Shown here: piece by piece, positions 46,601 through 57,914 of the stretch
Numbering within the stretch: position 1 is the stretch's first letter
Layout of the letters: each line of letters opens with the position of its first letter
Assembly (NCBI GenBank): GCA_030390025.1
Contig: CM059431.1
Location: 156,986,001 to 157,050,000, forward strand
Direction: 5' to 3'
From: Squalus acanthias
Taxonomy: Eukaryota
Length of the DNA: 64,000 nucleotides
Position numbers and translations under genes: made by a program
Notes under the pieces: model-generated
Told to the model about the DNA's origin: nothing
What the model saw: the letters and a program-made list of their open reading frames with translations, nothing else
Database searches by the model: none

Positions 46601-48653
46601 TTACCTCAGACGGCAGATCCCCCTCGAACTGCCTTTCTGCCGCTGTTAAACTATCCTTGATTAACAATGCTACTCCCCCACCTTTCTTACCAACTTCCCT
46701 ACTCTTACTGAAACATCTATACCCCGGAACTTCCAACAACCATTCCTGTCCCTGTTCTAACCATGTCTCCGTAATGGCCACCACATCGTAGTCCCAAGTA
46801 CCAATCCACGCTCCAAGTTCTCCTACCTTATTCCGGATGCTCCTTGCATTGAAGTAGACACACTTCAAGCCATCTTCCTGTCTGCCGGTACATTCCTGCG
46901 ACCTTGATACCCTCCTCAGTACATCCCTACACTCACCACTGGCTCGTGGACTACAGCCCTTTTTCCCATCCCCCTGACAAATTAGTTTAAACCCTCCCGA
47001 AGAGCCGTAGCAAATTTCCCTCCCAGGATATTGGTGCCCCTCTGGTTCAGGTGCAAACCGTCCTGTTTGTACAGGTCCCACCTTCCCCAGAATGTGCTCC
47101 AATTATCCACATAACTGAAACCCTCCCCCCTACACCATCCCTGCAGCCACGTGTTTAACTGCACTCTCTCCCTGTTCCTCAACTCGCTAGCACGTGGCAC
47201 CGGCAACAAACCAGAAATTACAACATGGTTTGTACTGGCTCTCCGCTTCCAACCTAGCTCCCTAAATTCCTGTTTTAAATCCCCGTCCCTTCTCCTATCT
47301 ATGTCGTTGGTACCGATGTGTACCACGACTTGTGATTGTTCCCCTTCCCCTTTGAGGATTCTGAAAACACGGTCCGAGACGTCACGGACCCTGTCACCTG
47401 GGAGGCAACATACCATCCGTGAGTCTCTTTTGCTGCCACAGAACCTCCTATCTGTCCCTCTGACTATTGAGTCCCCAATAACTATTGCTCTCCTACTCTC
47501 CCCCCTTCCCTTCTGAGCCACAGGGACCGACCCAGCGCCGGATATCCGGTCACGATGTCCGTTCTGTTTCCTGCACTTCTGCTCTCGCCCCTTCCCCTCC
47601 CTCCCGGAACCACGATAGGGTACACCTTGTATCACCTTTCATCCCACCAGCCACCACAATCAACGGATCATCCTCCGCCATTTCCGCCAGCTCCAGTGTG
47701 ATCCCACCACCAAACACATCTTCCCCTCATCTCCCTTTTCAGCATTCCGACGGGACCGCAATCTCCGCGACACCCTTGTCCACTCCTCTATCACCCTCAA
47801 CACTCCTTCCCCTTCGCCCAGCACCTTCGCGTGCAAGAGCAGGAGATGCAACACATGCACTTTTATGTCCAGCCGTCCAACTGTCCAGGGCCCCAAAAAC
47901 TCCTTCCAGGTGAAACAGCGATTTACTTGTACTTCTTCAAATTTAGTATACTGTATTCGCTGCTCACGATGCAGTCTCCTCTACATTTGGGAGAGCAAAT
48001 GCAGATTGACTGACCGCTTTCTGGAACACCTCCTTTCAGTACGTAACGGTGAGCCCGAGCTTCCTGTCGCCTGTCACTTTAATTCTCCACTCCACTCCCA
48101 CTCAGACCTCACCGTCCTCGGTCTCTTACACTGTTTCAATGAAGCTCAATCGAAGCTCGAGGAACAGCACCTCATTTTTCGATTAGGCACTTTACAGCCT
48201 TCTGGACTCAACATAGAATTCAACAATTTCAGGCAATTACCTCTGGTCCTATCCTTTTGTTTCCATTTATTTTATTTCATTTTATTTATTAATTTGTTTT
48301 CTCCCTCACACATGTCAGCTGTCCTTCATATTGCCAGTGATATTTAAACTTCATCTCGAGCCATCTTTTGTTTCTCAACTTGCTCCATTACCATCTCCTT
48401 TTGCCTTGAACCATCTCTTAATTTCTCTTAATGTCTCTTAATCTCTCCTGACTTCCATCCTTTCACAGACCTTCCCTTTTCTTCTTTCCTCCCCTCCCCC
48501 TTTCGCTGCCCCTGCACTTGCTTAAAAATCTGTTCCATCTCCAGCGCTTTCCAGTTCTGACGAAGGGTCATCGTCCTTAAACGTTAGCTCTGTTTCTCTC
48601 TCTACAGATGCTGCCTGACCTGCTGAGTATTTCCAGCATTTTCTGTTTTCATT
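43606..48653 (+). mobile_element. Penelope-like element (same family as 19774-21705) with inverted 5' pseudo-LTR, itself split by a CR1
   Basis: Inverted pLTR piece 43606-43713; RT C-terminal remnant 43790-43993; GIY-YIG 47865-48230 (LVYCIRCSRCSLLYIWES); pLTR with mutated hammerhead 48557-48585; TSD 43591-43605 / 48654-48668. Confidence 0.88.
43994..47555 (-). mobile_element. Young CR1 LINE: 5'-truncated ORF1 (SGNH esterase) plus near-intact ORF2
   Basis: ORF1 VIGDSIVRG, HIGTND, DGLHLN; ORF2 APE (YFNARSI, ITETW, GDFN, SDH) and RT (FADD) open to 44514, one TGG>TAG, continues in frame to 44085; (CATAGAA)4 tail. Confidence 0.96.
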
Positions 48654-50199
48654 TCTGCCTTTTACAAATCCGTGTTTGCTCTGCTTAATTAGCTTAAACG
48701 TCTCAACTGCCCGTTATTTTTTTCCTTGTTTATTGCTTCTAAAACTTTACTCACTACTGATGTTAAACTGACTGACCTGTCGTTACTGGATTGTCCTTAC
48801 ACCCTTTCATTGAACAATGGTGCCACATTTGACACTTTCCAATCCTCAAGCCCTCCCCCGCATCTATGGCAGTTTTGAAAATTATGGCAAGCGCTTCCAC
48901 TATCTCCTCCCCCAAATTACCTTCTCAACCTGGGATTCAAGACATCTGGGCCAGGCAACTTTTCCATTCTAAGCATACCCAACATTTTCAAGTACATCCT
49001 GTCTATCAATTTTCACCCCTTCCATTGCTTCTAACTTTTCCATTTCTGCCGATATTTTGTCAGCATGCACCTCCTTAGTAAACACCGATACAAAGTACTC
49101 ATTTAGTATTCTAGCCTTGCCCTGCACCTGCAAGCATATATCACCTTAATTTGTCTCGAATAGGCCCCACACCCTAGTTCTTACTACCCGCTTACTGATT
49201 AAATGCCAGTAGAAGATTTCTTGGTTCTCTTTTATGTGAACCGCCATTTTACTGTCAGATTCTCTCTTTGCCAATCTTATTTTCATCTTCACTTCCCCTC
49301 TCAACTTATCGTATTTGGTCTGGTCCTCCCTCTCTTGAAGAATTAACCTGAAATGCATCATACACCCTCTTTTTTGTGTTATCATCTTCTCTATCTCCCT
49401 CGTCATCCAAGGAGCTCTTGCTTTTGTTCCTTTATCATTCCCTCTTGTTGGAATGTACCTAGCCTGTACTTGGAACATCTCCTCCTTAAAGATTGTTCCG
49501 TTACAGATTTTCCTGTCAGTCTTTGGTTCCATTTTACCCTGGCTAGATCGTTTCGCATCCCGTTGAAGTTAGTCCTATTGCAGATTAGAAGCTCCAATCT
49601 AGATTATTCCTTGCTCCTCTCCATTGCTCATCTAATTTTTATGAAACGATGATCACTCGTGCCCCAAGTGTTCTCCCACAGACACTTGATCAACCTGGCC
49701 CACCTCATTCCCCAGCAGCAGATCCAGCAATGCCTCCATCCTATTTGGTCCTAAAACATATTGGTCAAGGAAATTCTCCTGAGCACATTTCAGAAATTCC
49801 TCCCCCTCCTTTCCCTATATCCTAGTATTATCCCAATCAATATTTGGGTAACTAAAGTCCCCCAATATCACCTCTCGGTAGCTCTTGAATATCTCGGCGA
49901 TATCCCTGCAGATTTGCTCCTCTACCTCCCTCTCTCTATTTGGAGGCCTATAGAATGCCCTCAATAGCGTGATCTTATGCTTTTGGCTCCACAACTCTAA
50001 CCAAATGGATTGTGTCCTTGTCCCCTCAAGAACATCCTGCATTTCCAACACTACAATGAGTTCCTTAATCAGCACTGCCACCGCACATCCGTTTTTTCCT
50101 TCCTTATCTTTTCTGAACACCATGTACCTTTCAATATTAAGTGCCCAGTCCTCACCGTTTTAAGCCACGTTTCCGGTATTGTCACAGCATCATATTTGT

Positions 50200-50420
50200 A
50201 CACGGGGTTTCAGATAGTAACGGGATTCTGAGAAATATATCTGGGGTTTTAAAGTATATCATGATCCTGCCATATGTTTAAGGGTTTTGTAGTATATCGG
50301 GAATCCTGGCAGGTGTGCATTTGGTTCCACAGTGTATAGGGATCTTTTCATGGGCGTCTGTGGTTTCTCAGTGTATCCGGATCCTGCCAGGTGTCTATGC
50401 GGTTTCACGGTCTATTGGGA
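50200..50420 (+). repeat. About 39-bp tandem repeat, right part
   Basis: GGTTT anchors recur at about 39-40 nt spacing; same unit as 42150-42345. Confidence 0.65.
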
Positions 50421-51668
50421 GATGTGGGTGGGTCATGGTGAGTAGAGGGGGTGAGGATGGATCAAGGTGAGTACAGTGGTTGTGGGTGAATCAGGGTAAC
50501 TGCAGAATGTGTGGTTGGGTCTTGGTGAGTACAGGTGTTTTGGGTGGGTCAGGGTGATTACAGGAGAAGTGGGTGCGTCAGGGTGAGTACAAGAGGTGTG
50601 GGCTGGTCAGGGTGAGTACAGAGGATGAGGGTGGGTCAGCTTAAGTACAGGAGATGTGGGTGGGTCAGGGTGAGTACAAGAGGTGTGGGTGGGTCAGGGT
50701 GAGTACAGAGGGTGAGGGTGGGTCAGAGTAAGTACAGGAGGTGTGGATGGGTCAGGGTGAGTAAGAGCGTGTGGGTGGGTCAGGGTGAATGCAGGGAGTG
50801 TGGGTGGGTCAGGGTGAGTACAGGAGGTGTGGATGGATCAGAGTGAATACAGGAGGTGCGGGTGGGTCAGAGGGTGCGTATAGGGGGTGTGGGTGGGTCA
50901 GGGGGTGAGTACAGTGAGTGTGTGTAGGTCAAGGTGAGTACAGGGGGTGTGGGTGGGTTAGGGTGTGAGTACACGGGATGTGGGTGTCTCAGGAGGTGAG
51001 AACAGAGGGTGTGGGTCGTTCAGGGTGAGTACAGGAGGTTTGGGTTGGTCAGGGTGAGTACAGGAGGTGCGGGTGGATCAGTTTGAGTACAGGAAGTGTG
51101 CGTGAGTCAGGTTGAGCTACGGAGGGGTGGGTGGGTCAGGTTGAATACAGGAGGTGTGGGTGGGTCGGGGAGCTAACAGGGGGTATGAGTGTGTCAGGTT
51201 GAGTACAGGAGGAGTGGGAGGGTCAGGGTGCGTAGCGGAGATGTGGGTGGGTCAGAGTGAGTACAGGAAGTGTGTGTGGGTCAGAGTGATTACAGGAGTT
51301 GTGAGTGGGTCAGTGTTAGTACATGAGGTGTGAGTGGGTCAGGGTGAGTACAGGTTGTGTGGGTGGGTCAGGGGGTGATGACAGGGGATGTCGGTGGGTC
51401 CGGGTGTGAGTACAGGGGTTGTTGGTGTGTCAGGGCGAGTACAGTGGTTGTGAGTAATTCAGGGTGAGTACAGGAGGTGTGGGTGTGTCAGGGGGTGAGT
51501 ACAGAGGTTGTGGGTCGTTCAGGGTGAGTACAGGATTTTTGGGTGTGTCAGGGTGAGTACAGGAGGTGTGGGTGAGTCAGAGTGATTACAGGAGGTGTGG
51601 GTGGGTGACGGTGAGTACAGGAGGTGTGTGTGGATCATGGGGTTAGTACAGGAGGTACGGGTGGGTCA
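50421..51668 (+). repeat. G-rich minisatellite, about 29-31-bp unit GGGTGAGTACAGGAGGTGTGGGTGGGTCA
   Basis: Directly visible tandem units. Confidence 0.92.
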
Positions 51669-51789
51669 ATTTTATTTCCTCAAAGTTACACTATCTCCCA
51701 TATTTAAAATACCTCCCAATGAAATTCAATGTTCAGCCTTTCAAATGTTAGTAAGTCAGTTAATGTCATGGAGCATCAATTTGTTTTGA

Positions 51790-52620
51790 AGTTTCTCGCG
51801 TGAAACAGTTTTAGTGCAATTCAATAGGATGGACTGGACAGCAGGATTCACATTGAACAGGAAAGCTCAGAAAACGACTCTAATGGTTGAAGATGCAACC
51901 TTAACGAAGACTGTCAAGTGCAACAGCGAAACATTATGACAATGTTGAAGAATGTACATGTGACTCCTGGAGTGTGGGAGAGATGCTACTGTCTACACTG
52001 TTCACGACTGGAGAGCAGATCAGCGCCGCAGGCTAAATCGACTATTCTCCGAATATCGATGATGGCGATACACTACACCGCACCAGAGATTAGCAGTAAA
52101 TTGAATGCTCACAGAACTGGAAGAAACGCTTGACATGGATTGGAGATTGGCTGGGAGATAGGGGAGAGAGTACGGGTATAAAGAACCTTCTCTGATTGGT
52201 GGGATGCGATGAGTGATATTCCCCAGGGAGCTGTACTGGGGCCGCAGTTTTTGTATCAATGATTTGGATGAAGGAAGCGAAGAGTTGTATATCTACCTTT
52301 GCAAAGTGCACGAGGTTAGTGGGCTCAGTGCGTTATGTAGATCGGAAGAGGAAGGTACAACGGGACATAGACAAAATAAGTGAGAGCCAAAAGTACGGCA
52401 GGCGGAATACAATGTGGAATGTTCGAGGTCATCCACTTTGGAACCGTGAAAGAAAATTCGGAATATTAGCAATAAACTGGGAGGCGTGGAGGAATGTGGG
52501 TGCCTATGTACACAAATCACTAAAAGCTAGTGCACAGTCACAAAAATTAATCATAAGTTAAGGGACTTTTGGGCTTTAACTCGAGAGTGTTGGAATACAA
52601 AGAGGAGGACGTTAAGCTTC
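51790..52620 (+). repeat. Duplicated segment A (unique sequence plus CR1 RT fragment)
   Basis: Collinear with 54262-55040 (ctcgcgtgaaa..., ctggagagcagatcagcgccgcaggcta, ctgtactggggccgcagttt). Confidence 0.8.
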
Positions 52621-53196
52621 TCGTCCCCAGAGCCTCGGTCAGACCGATCTGGAGTACAACATTCGGGCAAAAGGCTCGGGACACGCCTTGGCCACCGTCC
52701 GCAACGGACCCGACAAGATAAAGATAATACCGGCCACTGCAATTAAATTAAAAGAATGGGAGCAATCGAGGCCTTCTTTGCGGCCACGTGATTGGGCGCG
52801 CGTTCAGACGCGCGGTGCCCACCTTGGGTACTAAAGAAATTTCTAACGTATTAGCATTTTTGTCTGAAAACCCTGAAATAATAGATTACATGGGTAGCGA
52901 ACATAAACCAGAATATGCACCAATTATAACCATTAACTACTGTTTCATGTTTATAAATGCATTGCATATTATTCTTCTTCCAGTCGGTAAGTGAATGGGC
53001 AAATATATTATAATGGTTGAAGTGTTCAGATTTAAAACAAACTTGCAATGAGTTTCATTCTATGTTGTTATTCTGTTAGAGCTTGGAGTATTCTCCAGTA
53101 ATACATCTCGGGGAGATCGATTCGCTTCACTTGTATCGGTTCCTGTGGTATGATCACCTTACTCAAGAGCAGGGCGTTGAATATGATTTTATTCAC

Positions 53197-53247
53197 CTGA
53201 ACAATGTAATTTGCTTTCACAGATCCCCATCTCAGTCAATTTGTTAG
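53197..53247 (-). pseudogene. Putative first coding exon of the NLR (MGICESKLHCS)
   Basis: gcttttcag acceptor, ATG at 53230, MGxxxS(K) myristoylation consensus, CAG|GTGAAT phase-1 donor matching the phase-1 CARD exon. Confidence 0.55.
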
Positions 53248-53399
53248 CTGAAAAGCAATTAATAAAATATTATTTTAGAACAGAGCAGAAACAAAATGAT
53301 TCAATATAATTCCAATGCACTGCTGTTACAAAATCAAGAGCTGAGGCCCTCCACTTGTAGATTCTAGAAGCGTGAAAAATGCTTCCCTTGATTGTTAAT

Positions 53400-53906
53400 C
53401 AGGGTGTGAGTGCTGGATGTGCAGGTGGATAAGGGGGTGATAGCGGGATGTGCGGGTGGATAAGGGGATGAGCTCAGGACGTGCAGGTGGGTTAGGGGGT
53501 GAGTGCAGGATGTGCGGGTGTGTCAGGGTGTGAGTGCGGGACGTCCGGGTGGTTTAGGGGGTGAGTGGGGGAACTGCGGTTGGGTCAGGGTGAGGCCGGG
53601 AGGTGCGGAAGTATCAGGGTGCTTGTGGGACTTGTGGGTTTGTCAGGGTGTGTGCGGGACGTGCGGCTGAGTAAGGGTGAGTGCGGGACGTTCAGGTGGG
53701 TCAGGGGCTGAGTGCGGGACGTGCAGGAGGGTCAGGGAGTGAGTGCGGGACGTGCGGAAGGGTCAGGGGGTGAGTGCGGGCACGCGAGTGGGTCAGTGGG
53801 TGAGTGCGGGCTAGGCGGGTGGGTCAGAGTGAGTACGGGACGTGTGGATGGGTCAAGGTGAGTGCGGGATGTGCAGTTGGATCAGGGGGTGAGTGCAAGA
53901 CGTGTG
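53400..53906 (+). repeat. G-rich minisatellite, CpG-rich variant GGGTGAGTGCGGGACGTGCGGGTGGGTCA
   Basis: Tandem units homologous to 50421-51668. Confidence 0.88.
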
Positions 53907-54261
53907 GTTGCTTCAGTTTCGACTTATTATTCACTTCAACAGTTTATTTATTCTGTTAATTATTTAGCAGCACATAGTTAGTACTGCGGTAAATCTTTTG
54001 AAATTAAACACAGAGAGCCTTGCGCCAAATGCTTGCAATATGAGTGATATCGAATTATCGCCCATTTTACACACGTCTGATTTTGCATTCCATTAACCTA
54101 ACGGAAGGCATGGTTTATATTGGGCGGCAATTCCATAGCCCTCATGTTACACTATCGACCAAAATTAAAATAACTCCCAATTAATAACACTCTGCAGCCT
54201 GTAACATTTAGTAATATAATGTAATGAATCGTAGAATATTTTTCTTCTATTTAGTTTTAAG

Positions 54262-55040
54262 GCTCTCGCGTGAAATGGTTTAGAAAAATGTCGGTGCATT
54301 TCAATGGGATGTGATTGGACAGCAGGTTTCCCATTGAATAGAAAAGCTCGGAACGTCCACTATAATGTAAAAAGGTGCAAAAACAAAAGACTCTCAGGCG
54401 CAACAGAGAAACCTCAGACAATGTTGCAGAAAATAACTGTCACTCCTGGAGTGTGGTTGACATTCTACAGTCCACACCATCCACGGCTGGAGAGCAGATC
54501 AGCGCCGCAGGCTATACCCTTTCTTCTCCGAGTATAGATGACCGGGATACACTGCAGCGCACCGGAGATTAGCAACACAATTAAAAAAACACAGAATTGG
54601 AGGTAACCTCGTGCCATAGGTTGGCGATTGGCTGGGAGATAGAGGACAGAGTATTGGTAGAAAGCACCTTTTCTGATTGGCGGGATATGACAAATGATGA
54701 TCCCCAGGGATCTGTACTGGGGCCGCAGTTTATTACCATATATATCATTGACTTGGATGAAGGAATAGAGAGTTCTTTATATCCAGGTTTGCAGATTGCA
54801 TGAGTTTCGGAAGCTCAGTAGGTTATGCAGACGGAGCAGAAAGTTACAACGGGACACAGACAGAATAACTCAGTGGGCTAAACTATGGCTCGTGAAACGT
54901 GGGAAATTGTGAGGTCGTTCACTTTGTACCAGAGAAAGAAAAACCGGAATGGCGAGAGACGAGGAACCGTGGTGGGATTTTTGTGCCCTGTACACACATC
55001 ACTGATGCTAGTGCGCAGGTACAAAAATTAATCAAAAGGT
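54262..55040 (+). repeat. Duplicated segment B
   Basis: Diverged direct copy of 51790-52620. Confidence 0.8.
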
Positions 55041-56039
55041 TTAAATGTCAGCCGCTTGTTATACATCCCGCCTTTATTTCCTTTCTGTTGAAATCAATGG
55101 CAAGGAAATCGAGCGCTGTGTGGAGGGAGGTCGATCCGGTTCCATCCGCTTTTCACTCTTTTGAAACTAAATTTCCTGCCTTCATTTCCCGACTGTTGCA
55201 ATAATGTCAGCATTCCCTCTCCAAGAAAGATTTAAAAAGTGCAAACATGCAATGACTTAATCTTTTACTGTGGAACGATTGAAGAAAGGATGGCCTGAAC
55301 AACACAAGTGTCATCATTTAAATTTTATGCAATAGTTTAAAATGCGCATTCTGGAATTGGCGCTTATCCAATGACATCAACTTCAACGAAAATCTGGCGT
55401 GATGTATAGCGGGAAGCCAGTTCGCTCCTGTACATTTAACACGATTGTCCGAAGTTACAATTATGCACAAGGAGTGAAATTCAACTTGAACAAGGGCACA
55501 AAACTGGTGGGAGTGAATCAGTTCTCCGTTATACACTCGTCCTAATTTCCATTCGAGTGACAGGTTGGAAGGGAGTTGAAACACCGGAATTAAATGGAAA
55601 ATAAAAGCAGGTGATTTGTATAAACACTGGCCGATCTGCTATCGCCCATGTTTTTCCCCCATTTCAACTCCAATGCTTTTCTGAACACAGCGGCAACCAT
55701 TTTCGTGTTCCCAAAAACGTGTAGAAAAGCTGATCGCAGGCAGCCGATCTGATCCCAATTTAATTGCAATTTTCAATGTAATGCTTGTTCAGGTCCAGCA
55801 ACGACAAAATAAACGCTCAATATTCAGGTATAATCTGAAAGGCTCACTGGTGGAATTGCTGGAATGATGAGATAGATTTTCTTCTAACCGGCTCGGACTT
55901 CAGCATCATATGTGATAAGGAGGAAGGAACATCGGAAGAATCATCACATGGCCGAAACAAATCCCGCCTTTTTTTGCTTCTAATTAAGTTTATGATAAAA
56001 AAAAAACCTCAGGAGGACGCTGCGATGGTGGATGATCCT

Positions 56040-57075
56040 TACCCGCAGTCTCTCACCACAGCCGTCATATGTATTCACTTGAAGTCATCTAAAACTCTGC
56101 TGTCCGTGTTCCAACTCGCACCAAGGCCCAATCACTCTTCACCCCTATGCTCGCTGACCTGCATTGGCTCCCGGTAAGCAACGCCTCGATTTAAAATTGT
56201 CATCCTTGTTTTCAAGTCCTTCCACGTCCTCGCCACTCCCTATCTCTCTAATCTCCTCCAGTCCCACAACGCCACCAACCCCCCCCCCCCCTCCCCCCAC
56301 CCCACCAGATATCTAATTCTGGCCTCCTGCTTCCCTCTTGCGTGTCAGCCATGGTTCTGTCGGTTGCACTGTCGGCTCTCGGTCAGAAGTTTGTCGGTTC
56401 AAATCTCACTCCTGAGACTTTAAGCACAGAAATCCAGGCTGACACACCAGTGCAATGCTGCGGGAGTGCTGCAGTGTCAGAGTTGCCGTCTTTCGGATGA
56501 GACATTAAACTGTGACCCCGTCAGCTCTCTCAGGCGGACGTAAAAGATCGTCTGACAATATTTCGAAGAAGAGCAGGGAAGTTATCCCCGGTGCCCTGGC
56601 CAATATTAAATCCTCAATCAACTACAGAAAAACAGATTATCTGGTCACTGATACATTGCTATTTGTGGGAGCTTGCGGTCCGCCAATTGGCTAATGCATT
56701 TCCTACATTTCAACAGCGAATATAGTCAAAAGTAAATCATTGGCTGCAAAGCGCTTTGGGTCGTCCTGAGGACGTGAAAGGCACTATCTATCGGCAAGTT
56801 GTTTTTTCTTTTGATCCCCGATTTTAATCGCTCCGTCATTGTTGGCCGTGCCTTCAGCTGCCAAGGCCCTAAACTCTGGAATTCCCTCGCTAAACCACTC
56901 CGCCTCTCCCCCTCTCTTTCCTCCTGAAGACTCTCCTTAATACCGATATATTTAACTGAGTAATTCGTCACCTGCCCTAATACGTGGTTCGATGTCAACT
57001 TTTGGTTTATATCGCTCCTGTGAAGCACCTTGGGATTTTACTACATTAAAGGCGCTGTATCAATACAAGCTGTTG
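56040..57075 (+). mobile_element. L2 LINE 3' region interrupted by a SINE
   Basis: LHWLPV..R..FKI..L.FK-type coding, ggaattccctc, tail ctacattaaaggcgct...tgttgttg. Confidence 0.7.
56343..56810 (+). mobile_element. Full-length tRNA-derived SINE (SacSINE1/DeuSINE-like)
   Basis: tRNA-like head with B-box-like ggttcaaatc (about 56397-56406), central gccgtctttcggatgagac domain, L2-like tail aaagcgctttggg...gtgaaaggc. Confidence 0.7.
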
Positions 57076-57199
57076 TTGCTGTCATCCTCATCGTTGCTCA
57101 GGCGGTAAAATCAATGGATAGAATTTCTCCTTCTATAAAGATAAATTTATCGTCACTCAGATACTTGTCGGGATCTGGAATGCTCGAACTGAACAGGTG

Positions 57200-57390
57200 G
57201 TGGAAGCTGATTCCACCAATATTTTATAAGGGAGTTGGAAAAAGTACTTGAGGATGAGGAACTTATAGGGCTACAGAGGAAAACGGGAATGTTGTGATTA
57301 GCACGACTGCTCCTTCAAAGAGCCAGCACAGGCACGACGGACCGAATGGCCTCACTCTGCGCTGTCAGTTTCTATGATTGAATGATTCTG
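57200..57390 (+). mobile_element. CR1 3' terminus
   Basis: gagccagcacaggcacga.ggaccgaatggcct...tctatgatt tail. Confidence 0.6.
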
Positions 57391-57914
57391 ATTGAACTTG
57401 TTTGCAGGCCTTTGAAAAGGTTCTAAAATTAAACTGATTCTTTTGGGTGCAAGGACACTAATAGGAAGGTTTTAAAGCTTTGAATATTGTTTTAATTTAC
57501 GAAGAATCTGACTAGTTTATGCGAATATAACTATAAATGGTTCTGTATTTTTTTAAGTCTTTTCCAGTAATATAAAATTATATTACTCACTTGTGGTGGA
57601 TTGACTCTGTCATTAAAATGCTTGTTATATTGTGAAAATCCCGTATCAGATTATTAGTTAAAATGCTACTAGTTACCAGTCTTAAATATGTCATTGAAAA
57701 TTTTGAAGCAAAAAGTAGTTTAAAAAAATACCTTTCATTACGGTGTCCGATTGCTTTGGTTTATTTAAGGTTTTGCGCTTGGCGAGATGCAAAATTAAAT
57801 TGAGTGGACCCGAGAAAGCATTCCTCAGATCAAGCACAATTTTCGGCGCCATTTGCGCTGGAATCGTCGGTTGTAACGAAAGCGTAAAATCTACCCAACA
57901 ATATGATTTCATTG

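Larger units (their letters stand above)
42348..50195 (-). mobile_element. Older CR1 LINE split into 42348-43605 and 48654-50195 by a PLE insertion
   Basis: LETVQRRFTRMVPGM, NLIEFFDEVT..DFRKAFHKVPH, FYRPPN..ILGDFSYPNIDW; 15-bp duplication tctgccttttacaaa at the break. Confidence 0.85.
26512..53247 (-). pseudogene. NLR family gene (CARD-like - FISNA - NACHT - LRR; NLRP3/NLRC3-like elasmobranch type), probably non-functional
   Basis: Mostly phase-compatible GT-AG exons: 53247-53197, 41081-40948, 32565-about 32366, 30781-29062, 27363-27277, 27006-26815, 26572-26512. In-frame TAG at 30435-30437 and in-frame TGA near the end of the second CARD exon. Confidence 0.85.

Noticed and set aside
44652..46791. 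Plus-strand ORFs overlapping CR1 ORF2
   Set aside because: Antisense shadows of the LINE coding sequence.
42346..50193. tgtcacag at both ends of the old CR1 as a TSD
   Set aside because: The right copy lies within CR1 endonuclease coding sequence (YDAVTIPET), so it is probably coincidental.
56343..56420. tRNA gene
   Set aside because: Degenerate tRNA-like head of a SINE; no full cloverleaf.
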